Translations under genes and position numbers: made by a program
The notes under the pieces: model-generated
What the model saw: only the letters and a program-made list of their open reading frames with translations
Databases searched by the model: none
What the model was told of the DNA's origin: nothing
In this document: in pieces, positions 56,426 through 64,000 of the stretch
Layout: each line of letters starts with the position of its first letter
Numbering within the stretch: position 1 is the first letter of the stretch
Virus record (IMG/VR): IMGVR_UViG_3300047553_000365
Span: 32,001-96,000 of that record
From: a virus
Direction: 5' to 3' (one strand)
DNA length: 64,000 bases

Positions 56426-56937
56426 AGCGGAATACGAATTGAAGATTGGTTTTTTGTATTTGTGGGATTAAGTTTATAGACGATGAATTCAACATTGAAT
56501 AGATGTTCCATGTCTTCAAGAATAGCTTCCACTACTCTCCAAGAACCTCCTGCACGATCACAGCCCATCTTATAGGGAACACCAATCTTGATAGGAAAGT
56601 AACCATCATACAGATTATCGAAAGCTTCGCAAGCTTTAAAAATAGAATTATATAGGTGGTCATATGAACAGTTCCTATTAAGAGGATTGCCATCGCATCC
56701 AACACCAACTTGCCCATAGAGATTAACCACTAGCCTATTATCTGGCAAGGTGGCAATGGTAGAACTTCCAAGCCTATCCTCTGGTGCAGCATCCCATGCA
56801 TTATCTGCCTGTTCCACTTGGGGCCATTTAACCCTAAGTGCCAATGCAACACCACTACCCATAACTTTATGAGCATTGGCACAATGCATAGCAACATCCC
56901 AATCCCCTTCCAGAAGATCACCATCAATAGTTTTCAT
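56422..56937 (-). CDS. macrodomain (ADP-ribose binding/processing) protein
   Basis: GDLL, HCANAHKVMGSGVA, NLYGQ and PYKMGCDRAGGSW motifs. Confidence 0.88.
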   Translation of the reverse strand: MKTIDGDLLEGDWDVAMHCANAHKVMGSGVALALRVKWPQVEQADNAWDAAPEDRLGSSTIATLPDNRLVVNLYGQVGVGCDGNPLNRNCSYDHLYNSIFKACEAFDNLYDGYFPIKIGVPYKMGCDRAGGSWRVVEAILEDMEHLFNVEFIVYKLNPTNTKNQSSIRIPL

Positions 56938-56943
56938 GCGCCT

Positions 56944-56964
56944 AGTATGAGTCGGTTTTAATTA
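56944..56964 (-). promoter_or_regulatory. phage promoter motif copy 30
   Basis: TAATTAAAACCG-ACT-CATACT, 6 nt to ATG 56937. Confidence 0.8.
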
Positions 56965-58047
56965 CACTCTTTGGTCGGTTTTTATGAATGATTCTACATC
57001 GAAAGAATTTACTACATTATATTCCAGACCGGGATAATGCATTTCCATATATAAATCTAGTTCATCTCTATTTTGAGCAGCCACAAAATATGTCTTTTGT
57101 TCACTATCTTCCACAAACAATTCATAGATGGTATGAACAATGGTGTCGTAGTAAATGATTGAAAATAATTTACCCCAAGCTATTCTCCCAATATACTCCC
57201 ATGAAAACAAAAACACAGAAGCTACCATCCATAGATTTCTATGTTCAATATTAAAGACTCCTCCAAAATGAAGGACTAGGTAAAAGCTTATAATAGTCCA
57301 AAACCATGCGGCAAAATCAAAATGTGATTTATATTTGTAATATATTTTTGGATTTCCTTCAGGCATTTTTTTGTTTCTCTCTAATTTTTCTTTCTAGTAT
57401 ATCTAACTTAACAGTTATATCAGTCTTTTTAGGATTAGCATCTTCAATCCGTAGCAATGAAAAATACTTTTTCTTCAGTTCCTCAAGTTCTAGATCAACC
57501 ACAGGTTCTTTCTTTACAGCCTTTTTCTTAGCAGTAATTTTCTTTGGTTTCTTCTCTTTTTTTGCTGATTCTTCAGGCTCCATATTCAAAGTAATCTTCC
57601 TTTTTACCATAGGCAGTAAAGACTTTAACATCATCGTCTAATCTGGCCACAATGTCTTTGGTATTTAATCTGGATATAAGTTCTGCACAATCTGTTTTGA
57701 AATCATGACTCCAATATCCACACCCCCAATGTCCAATAACTCCCTCACAACATTTACAGTGAACTTCATATTCCAATACTGGTCCTAATGTTTCCAATCT
57801 ATCAATAATTTTTTCCTGAAAATCCGTAGATCCACAGAAATAGCACTTTATGGGCTTACCAATAGTATTATAGTAATCACTGACTTTCATAATCTTCTAC
57901 ATCGTAGTTGTAATCTATCTCCCAGCAGTTTATACCACAACAAGGGCATCCTGTCAACCATGCATCCCCTCCTAATTCATCAAGAGAGTAGAATCTTTGT
58001 TCTGCATGACACCATCCATCATATTCGTTTTCTTCTTCGATATTCAT
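56962..58047 (-). CDS. four hypothetical proteins (56962-57366 TM; 57359-57634; 57573-57890 zinc finger; 57877-58047 56 aa Cys-rich found by hand)
   Basis: ORFs in operon. Confidence 0.55.
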
Positions 58048-58442
58048 TTTACTGTGGTTTTAATTAAATTATTATTTTCATTAACATTTCCTATTATGGT
58101 TAATTTATCGAAAGAGTCTTGTGATGTTACAACTCTACCAACAACTTCTGGCTCCCCGTTCCCCATAGCTCTATATATGTAGGGAGTATTAAATCCACCA
58201 TTGTAGTAATCCATATGATAGAGAAATTTTACACCACTTTCAGAACTACTCAATCCCGTAATAGGATTAGCTTCTAAAATATCTCCCTCATATATATCGT
58301 TACCTTTGGAATCTTTAAATCCAGTATATTGTTCAACCTTACACCAATATAGAGGAAATGAAAAGTCTTTAAACATTTTAAGTTCTCCATATTGGTATTT
58401 TTTCTGTTGGTCATACCATGCTCTAAATTTTAGTTCTCTCAT
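58044..58442 (-). CDS. YopX-family protein
   Basis: LKFRAWY...EQYTGFKDSKGNDIYEGDIL...IIGNVNEN. Confidence 0.85.
   Translation of the reverse strand: MRELKFRAWYDQQKKYQYGELKMFKDFSFPLYWCKVEQYTGFKDSKGNDIYEGDILEANPITGLSSSESGVKFLYHMDYYNGGFNTPYIYRAMGNGEPEVVGRVVTSQDSFDKLTIIGNVNENNNLIKTTVK
58046..58066 (-). promoter_or_regulatory. phage promoter motif copy 31 (CCA variant, overlaps coding sequence)
   Basis: TAATTAAAACCA-CAG-TAAAAT; could be coincidental. Confidence 0.4.
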
Positions 58443-59284
58443 ATTCTCATTCTCACATCATCACAAATGCATTCCATAAATTCCAACTCATTCAGAATAT
58501 ATGATGCACATTCTTCTGTTACTCTTCTTTCAGTTCTATGAAAATGACCATGAAATGATTTCTTCGGTTTTGCCAGATCGAAAAGTTTATCATGTAATTT
58601 TCTTTCCATTACACATTCTTCCCAGAGTGTTTTGTCATTAACACACCAAGTAGCTATTCCATCTTTTCTATTTGGACCTAACCAACTAGGAGCAGAATGA
58701 GTTATTAGAACATCACACTCCACCACTTTACTCTCATCAAGATAAAATCGTTCATCGGGCCAATAGTCAACACCTTCAACTCTATATTTTCTATCAATGG
58801 AAATTCCTCCACCGACAAATAGAAACTTTTTACCATTGATAGTCTTTACCGTATAATCAGGTAAAAACTCAATGTTAGAAAGACATGTTATTCTCCAATC
58901 CCCATTAAAGTAATCAGGATTGTCATGATTTCCACGGATGACATACAGTTGTATGTTTCTTTCAGCCAAGACTTCATTTAACTTTGATTGTAATTCAATC
59001 TCATCACCAATCTTGCGCTTGAAACCTATACCATAATCTCCAACTTGAATTATGATACAATCTCTAAAATCTTCTTTAATGATCCTTTCTTTGAATCTAG
59101 TAAATCCTCCATGAAGATCACCAACCACAAGAACCATAGTGTAAAATGTGTAAGGAGCATTTTCCTCCACATTTTTCTTCTTTTTATTCGGGCCTACATT
59201 ATCCCACAAGGGAGATTTATTCCAAGCCTTAATATCATTCACCCTACTAGTCGGGCCTTTTCCACCATGCCATTGTCCTTTCAT
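58439..59284 (-). CDS. calcineurin-like metallophosphoesterase with N-terminal basic extension
   Basis: VVGDLHG, QVGDYG, RGNHD, THSAP and HGHFH motifs. Confidence 0.85.
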   Translation of the reverse strand: MKGQWHGGKGPTSRVNDIKAWNKSPLWDNVGPNKKKKNVEENAPYTFYTMVLVVGDLHGGFTRFKERIIKEDFRDCIIIQVGDYGIGFKRKIGDEIELQSKLNEVLAERNIQLYVIRGNHDNPDYFNGDWRITCLSNIEFLPDYTVKTINGKKFLFVGGGISIDRKYRVEGVDYWPDERFYLDESKVVECDVLITHSAPSWLGPNRKDGIATWCVNDKTLWEECVMERKLHDKLFDLAKPKKSFHGHFHRTERRVTEECASYILNELEFMECICDDVRMRI

Positions 59285-59706
59285 TGTGATAAAATTTTTC
59301 TTATAATCGGTCTTGCTCTAGCATTTGCAGAATGCACATAAAACTTAGGAATAGGGACTTCCGCAAGCTTACACGCACTCACTAAATATTGAGCGCAATG
59401 CGCTCCTGTCTTAATATCAAAATTCTCCCAATTTTCCATGAGAAATTGGGCTGCTAACTTCTTACTAGTTCTATTTTCGGCTAATTCATATGCCACATCC
59501 CACAGATCATTATCAAAACTGACAACATCAGGAATACCCACGGTATCAATGTAGTTTACAAACTCATCGTAGGATCTTACAATGTCCCACTTCCATACAG
59601 GTATACCAGAATAAACAATCAGATTAGCATCCTCATCCCACAGGTGAGCATGTTCTGGTTGTCTATCATCATCCAAGAATAGAAATCTCTTTTCCTTTAT
59701 ATCCAT
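59281..59706 (-). CDS. cyclic-phosphate-processing receiver-domain protein
   Basis: LFLDDDRQP, VRSYDEF, VSFDNDL, G..CA.YL and VHSAN pattern. Confidence 0.75.
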   Translation of the reverse strand: MDIKEKRFLFLDDDRQPEHAHLWDEDANLIVYSGIPVWKWDIVRSYDEFVNYIDTVGIPDVVSFDNDLWDVAYELAENRTSKKLAAQFLMENWENFDIKTGAHCAQYLVSACKLAEVPIPKFYVHSANARARPIIRKILSQ

Positions 59707-59996
59707 GTTAAATCTATTTCTAATTGTAAGTCTTCCGAACCTTCTGGTTTAGTGACTATTCCCTCTGAAAGAAAATAGTCCAGATAATCAAGCAGTTTCT
59801 TATTAAGAAACCATTTTGAATCTCTCTTCATTTTAGGCATTGCCATTAATACTACTAATGCTCCAATTTCTTCTAATGTTAAGCTATCGGAAGCAATGTC
59901 TAACGGCAGGGTTATTTCTTCTTTATTATCCATTTTTAAATATACTTTTGAGAATTGGCATCCATCCACCCTTCTTTTTGAATACAGTTCGGGCAA
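59697..59996 (-). CDS. hypothetical protein
   Basis: 99 aa ORF; start uncertain because it overlaps the RadA-like gene. Confidence 0.5.
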   Translation of the reverse strand: MPELYSKRRVDGCQFSKVYLKMDNKEEITLPLDIASDSLTLEEIGALVVLMAMPKMKRDSKWFLNKKLLDYLDYFLSEGIVTKPEGSEDLQLEIDLTWI

Positions 59997-60780
59997 TCGC
60001 TTCTCTTGCTACAAGCATACCAAGAGAAATCGCATAGTCAACTACTTTTTTATTACCCTTGAATTTCTTCTGAGTGGCAATAATTTTAGGAACATCATAC
60101 TTACCTCTATAGACATAGCCTGTGGAAGTAAGGTCTGCATGAAAAAGTCCTGTGACACCAAATCTATTTTTAATTACTGCAAATATTCTCTTATTAGGGT
60201 CTTCCTCATCATCTCTCAAAATCTCCATTTGAACATCTAGAAAGAATGATAACGATGGACCACCCCTAATTTCACCCTTACCGTTTTCTTGTAGAATAAA
60301 GATAAGAATACATCCATTTTGTTTGACAGCAGCAATTAGTGTTCTAATACAGTAATCGACTATTTTACTCTTAGTGATCTTCTTATCCTTACAGGTCAAT
60401 GTTTGGAATGAGTCGATAACGATCAGGTCGTTTATATAGGTGAGTTGAGTCAATTCGTCAATGTCGGTAACATTACCAATGTTGACATTATTTGCACCTA
60501 GCCTCTTGCCTGTAATAGATAGCTGTGCCTTACTCTCTTCACCAGATGCGTATTTAACACGCTTACCTAGTCGAGTGAGTCTTTCGCATATATCTAGGCA
60601 AAACGAAGTTTTACCTGCGCCAGCATTGGCGTGTATAATACAAGTAGATCCGGGCAATAGACCACCACCAAAAATGGCATCCAAGTTACTATCCCCCGTG
60701 CTTATTCTGTTTGAAAGGTAATCAGGTGCATTTACACAGGATACCCTCTCAAACCCGTCATTTTGCAGATTCAAGTTCAT
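59926..60780 (-). CDS. radA: RadA/Sms-like RecA-fold ATPase
   Basis: STGDSNLDAIFGGG, ANAGAGKTS (Walker A), YASGEES, IDSFQ and KNRFG motifs; start moved to MNLNLQ. Confidence 0.8.
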   Translation of the reverse strand: MNLNLQNDGFERVSCVNAPDYLSNRISTGDSNLDAIFGGGLLPGSTCIIHANAGAGKTSFCLDICERLTRLGKRVKYASGEESKAQLSITGKRLGANNVNIGNVTDIDELTQLTYINDLIVIDSFQTLTCKDKKITKSKIVDYCIRTLIAAVKQNGCILIFILQENGKGEIRGGPSLSFFLDVQMEILRDDEEDPNKRIFAVIKNRFGVTGLFHADLTSTGYVYRGKYDVPKIIATQKKFKGNKKVVDYAISLGMLVAREAIARTVFKKKGGWMPILKSIFKNG

Positions 60781-60787
60781 CGCGCAT

Positions 60788-60808
60788 ATCATAGGTCGGT
60801 TTTAATTA
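60788..60808 (-). promoter_or_regulatory. phage promoter motif copy 32
   Basis: TAATTAAAACCG-ACC-TATGAT, 7 nt to ATG 60780. Confidence 0.75.
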
Positions 60809-60820
60809 ATAACTTACAAG

Positions 60821-61015
60821 TTACCCAACATTCGACATATACCAATATGATATCTCTGCGTGAAAATCCTTCTCTGATTTGACTGTATCCTCTTTAAGAA
60901 AAATGTAACTGAATGGATTCTCATTATCGTAATCCGTCCACACTTCAATTACATCAGGAGAAGTCATGAGAAAGGAATAAGTTCCTATTACGCCCTCGTA
61001 TTTTACTTTTTCCAT
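60821..61015 (-). CDS. hypothetical protein
   Basis: 64 aa ORF. Confidence 0.6.
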   Translation of the reverse strand: MEKVKYEGVIGTYSFLMTSPDVIEVWTDYDNENPFSYIFLKEDTVKSEKDFHAEISYWYMSNVG

Positions 61016-61018
61016 ATA

Positions 61019-62089
61019 TTACCCTTTAATAGTATGACCCAAAGTTGCAACATTAGCAACACCATTATTAATCATTACTGGTTCGACACCGAAATATCCT
61101 TCTTTATCTACAGTAACAATACCAAAACCATTTTGCCAGTTAGGAGCAGATGCATAGATAGGATCTAAATCACACAAACATCCTAATTCCCATGCATAAA
61201 TTTGTTGGTCTTTTCTTGTTCCAATACCGGGAATTCTCTGTGCAGTCATACCAAGTCTATGAGTGTGTCCCATTAGAACAGAGTGGTAATACTTTTCTAT
61301 CATCCCTCTAGCAGAATAGCCCCCGAACTTTCTAACAACATCACCGTGGAAAGCGGCTAAATCAGGGCAAATTTCGACATAATCGCAATGGTCGATTCGA
61401 TCCTTGAATTCACCTAGGAAGATATTCTCATAACTAAGTGCTTCTTGAATCTCTGGCAATGAACCAAGCTCTCCAAGTCTTTCACTTAAGTATCTAAACC
61501 ATCTACCATCAGTTCCATTACCAGAATGGTTAGCATGAGTTTCTACAATGTGTGCATTACCTGCAACAGAAATTAGATCATTCAAGAACTTATGATAAGC
61601 GGCTCTTTCATCCAGTAGAGAATAATTGTGTCTAATATCTTTTGGATATCTTGATACTGCTAATAGATCAACGGTATCACCATTTAAAATAATTTGTCGG
61701 GGTTGCAATTCTGCAATAGTTTCCAACACAATATTGAGGGATCTTTCACAATGCTTAGGAAAGTGCATATCACCAATAACAACAACAGTATCACTTTGAG
61801 AAGTTTTTGTTGGGGTGAAGTTTGAACTTGAAACATTGATGGGCGCAAGTTGTTCTAAGAATTCCAGAACTTCTTCCTCTGTTTTTCCAAACTTAGTTGG
61901 TTTAACCCTTTGTAAGTTTTCATTAACAAAAGTGGAACCTGTTACTACATCACTACTATCTCCTGATTGAAGATAAGTCTCTACCCAATCTCTTGCAGTA
62001 GATTTAGCAATGCCAAATTCTTCTTTAATTGCGCTATATGTGTAACCACGATTTAGCCTTGCATCTATTACTTGTTGTTTTATCGTCAT
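61019..62089 (-). CDS. metallophosphoesterase with N-terminal HTH-like segment
   Basis: IGDMHFP, LNGDTVD, ANH, FHGD and MGHTHR motifs. Confidence 0.8.
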   Translation of the reverse strand: MTIKQQVIDARLNRGYTYSAIKEEFGIAKSTARDWVETYLQSGDSSDVVTGSTFVNENLQRVKPTKFGKTEEEVLEFLEQLAPINVSSSNFTPTKTSQSDTVVVIGDMHFPKHCERSLNIVLETIAELQPRQIILNGDTVDLLAVSRYPKDIRHNYSLLDERAAYHKFLNDLISVAGNAHIVETHANHSGNGTDGRWFRYLSERLGELGSLPEIQEALSYENIFLGEFKDRIDHCDYVEICPDLAAFHGDVVRKFGGYSARGMIEKYYHSVLMGHTHRLGMTAQRIPGIGTRKDQQIYAWELGCLCDLDPIYASAPNWQNGFGIVTVDKEGYFGVEPVMINNGVANVATLGHTIKG

Positions 62090-62092
62090 TTG

Positions 62093-62323
62093 TTATTGTT
62101 TGTTTTGTTTGTTTTTCAGATTTTGAAAAAATTGTAAAATATCTGCTTGTGATACTGTCTGTTCTAAGTCTCTGACTTTTTCTTGGGCTTCTTCATAACT
62201 ATTGAAGTTCCCAATAAATGTCAAGCGACCCGTATCTAGGTATTTTTGATATACATCATAAGTATTGTCATCTGGTCTTGGTATAATCCTATTGATATGG
62301 GAATTTAATCGTCTTTGCTTCAC
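62093..62323 (-). CDS. hypothetical protein
   Basis: 76 aa ORF, GTG start. Confidence 0.55.
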   Translation of the reverse strand: MKQRRLNSHINRIIPRPDDNTYDVYQKYLDTGRLTFIGNFNSYEEAQEKVRDLEQTVSQADILQFFQNLKNKQNKQ

Positions 62324-62331
62324 CCTATTAT

Positions 62332-63315
62332 TTAACCATTTTTGCTAAATTTTGAGGCGTAAAAGGTGACGGTTCTGTGCATAGCCTCGTCATGTTCCAT
62401 TAATTCAAACGAGCGTTTATAGTTAATAGAACTTATAGCATACCTAAAATCATGCCCCTGACGATCCTTTACAAACTTGATAATCGGGTCTATTTCTAAA
62501 ATTTTACCAATATCGGCAATCATTTCTAAATTGGTCATTTCCTTACCAGATCCGATATTATACACTCCTCCCGATTCCCCTATTTCTGCCAATTCTAAGA
62601 TACTTTTATTATGGTCATCTACATAGATCCACTCTCTAATGTTTGTGCCATCTCCATAAACAGGTATGGGTTTTCCATTTACTAAATTCTTAATTATGGT
62701 TGGAATTAACTTCTCATCAAACTGATTAGGCCCAAAATTATTACAACATCTAGTAGTAATAATATCTAATCCATAAGTATCCACATAAGATTTAGCAATT
62801 AAATCAGCGGCTGCTTTAGATGCAGAATAGGGACTTCTTGGATTGAGGTTAGTTTCCTCTGTGAATGGGTCAGAATTAAGCCCTAAATGCCCGTAGACCT
62901 CATCTGTTGATACATTTATAACTCTTGCCTGTGGTTGTTTTACACGCACCATTTCAAGCAATTTAGTAATACCCATTACATTGTTGTATACGAATGCTTC
63001 TGGACCAGAAATACTTCGGTCTACATGAGACTCGGCGGCAAAGTGAAAGACATAATCAAACTTGTTCTTGTTTATAACACCGTTCCAGAAAAGATTACTG
63101 TCAGGATTTAGATCACAAAGACTAAAGGATATTTCCTCATAATCAATATGGTTACATGCCATAGTGGTTGACATTTTACGATGGCCAATCCCCCATTTAT
63201 CGACATTTACTATACTTACGTTTTTATAATGTTTCTTTAAATATTCCAGAAAATTACTTCCAATAAATCCGCAACCACCCGTCACAAGAATGTTTTTGTT
63301 ATTTAAATCTACCAT
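62332..63315 (-). CDS. rfbB: dTDP-glucose 4,6-dehydratase (NAD-dependent epimerase/dehydratase)
   Basis: ILVTGGCGFIGSNF, HFAAESHVDRSI, STDEVYG, PYSASKAA and DRQGHDFRY; start moved to MVDLNNK. Confidence 0.92.
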   Translation of the reverse strand: MVDLNNKNILVTGGCGFIGSNFLEYLKKHYKNVSIVNVDKWGIGHRKMSTTMACNHIDYEEISFSLCDLNPDSNLFWNGVINKNKFDYVFHFAAESHVDRSISGPEAFVYNNVMGITKLLEMVRVKQPQARVINVSTDEVYGHLGLNSDPFTEETNLNPRSPYSASKAAADLIAKSYVDTYGLDIITTRCCNNFGPNQFDEKLIPTIIKNLVNGKPIPVYGDGTNIREWIYVDDHNKSILELAEIGESGGVYNIGSGKEMTNLEMIADIGKILEIDPIIKFVKDRQGHDFRYAISSINYKRSFELMEHDEAMHRTVTFYASKFSKNG

Positions 63316-63422
63316 ATTAATTTTATTACTATTTATTGACATTGAGGGGTTTTTTGAATTTGGAATGCCCTTCAAATATATGTTTAACATTGATTTTCCA
63401 TTTGTCAAGGCTAAATATTGAT

Positions 63423-63908
63423 ATGGACGAAGAACTTGATGACTTTGAGAACGAGATTGATAAGGATGTGGATTCAATTATATCCCAACTCAAGGATCGT
63501 AACAAATCAATGAAAAAGGCTGCTAGAGAAATGACCACTCTAAACAAAGAGGATATTGAAAAATTTATCATAGATAATGCGGCTGCTGTAGTTACGCATT
63601 CTTTAGAAATGATTGAAGATATGAAGGACATTACCATAGCAGGTGGAGAAAGTGAAGCTATTGAAGCGATGGCAGAATTAGTTAAAGCTACCACAGGTGC
63701 AATTGATTCATTGTCTAAGCTTAAACTAGCGGACGATAAAATCAAGGCCCAAAAACAATTAAAAGAAATGGATATCAATTCCAAGAAAATTGGGGATAGT
63801 GGTGTGGGAGCAAGTGGTATATACATAAGCAGAGAAGAACTCATTAAGGAGTTGGTTAAGACTTCAAGCGATCCAGAGAAGATCGAAGAACCTACAATAG
63901 ATGTTTAA
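63423..63908 (+). CDS. acidic helical protein, possibly terminase small subunit-like
   Basis: First credible plus-strand gene; helical body ending in SREELIKEL, loosely like T4-type gp16. Confidence 0.45.
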   Translation: MDEELDDFENEIDKDVDSIISQLKDRNKSMKKAAREMTTLNKEDIEKFIIDNAAAVVTHSLEMIEDMKDITIAGGESEAIEAMAELVKATTGAIDSLSKLKLADDKIKAQKQLKEMDINSKKIGDSGVGASGIYISREELIKELVKTSSDPEKIEEPTIDV

Positions 63909-64000
63909 TTACCTAATTGTCCTTTATTAGTGTTAATGGTAAATTTCTCAACATTATTACCAGTATCTACGATTATTACTGCTTTCCTCTTTTCATCGGA

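Noticed and set aside
240-60721. Plus-strand and alternate-frame ORFs in the track (e.g. 10407-10949, 33532-34086, 35167-35805, 38932-39660)
   Set aside because: They are shadows of well-supported minus-strand genes and have no recognisable motifs.
2426-60808. Integron attC or cassette recombination-site interpretation of the TAATTAAAACCG motif
   Set aside because: Not palindromic, no R/L boxes, no integrase in the window, and a fixed -10 hexamer with fixed distance to start codons fits a promoter better.
63316-63477. N-terminal extension of the rfbB ORF in the track
   Set aside because: It overlaps the divergent plus-strand gene, and the Rossmann motif starts right after MVDLNNK at 63315.
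1-64000. Stop-codon reassignment as seen in some jumbo phages
   Set aside because: Standard code gives dense, full-length genes; TAA, TGA and TAG all occur at gene ends.

Overview
AT-rich, densely packed segment of a large lytic dsDNA phage genome with T4-like markers (rIIA/rIIB, RNA ligases, DNA ligase, SF1 helicase, RadA-like ATPase). Essentially all genes lie on the minus strand until about 63.3 kb. No structural genes, integrase or CRISPR array were recognised. The left third is a run of small accessory ORFs with visible paralog expansion. The rest carries an RNA and translation repair set (Rnl1- and Rnl2-type ligases, Pnk, HAD/HD/metallo/2H phosphoesterases, cyclic-phosphate receiver protein, Thg1, two PTH2-fold proteins), a Prs-like plus Nampt-like pair (probable NARP1 NAD+ reconstitution), a macrodomain and four tRNAs. 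The tRNAs include Ile(UAU) and a Leu tRNA interrupted by a 44-nt hairpin insert. Best candidate novel system: a TROVE/vWA (DUF2828-like, Ro60-related) gene followed by a non-coding array (26213-26882). The array is seven back-to-back stem-closed RNA units joined by 4-nt GATA/TATA linkers. Six units carry an unpaired C(A/T)GCAA box and three contain circularly permuted tRNA-like (YrlA-type) modules. Thg1 and another tRNA-like element lie just upstream. A TAATTAAAACCG-N3-[-10] promoter motif occurs 32 times, and 26 copies sit 5-7 nt before a start codon, predicting leaderless mRNAs. All assignments come from reading motifs by eye; no database search was run.
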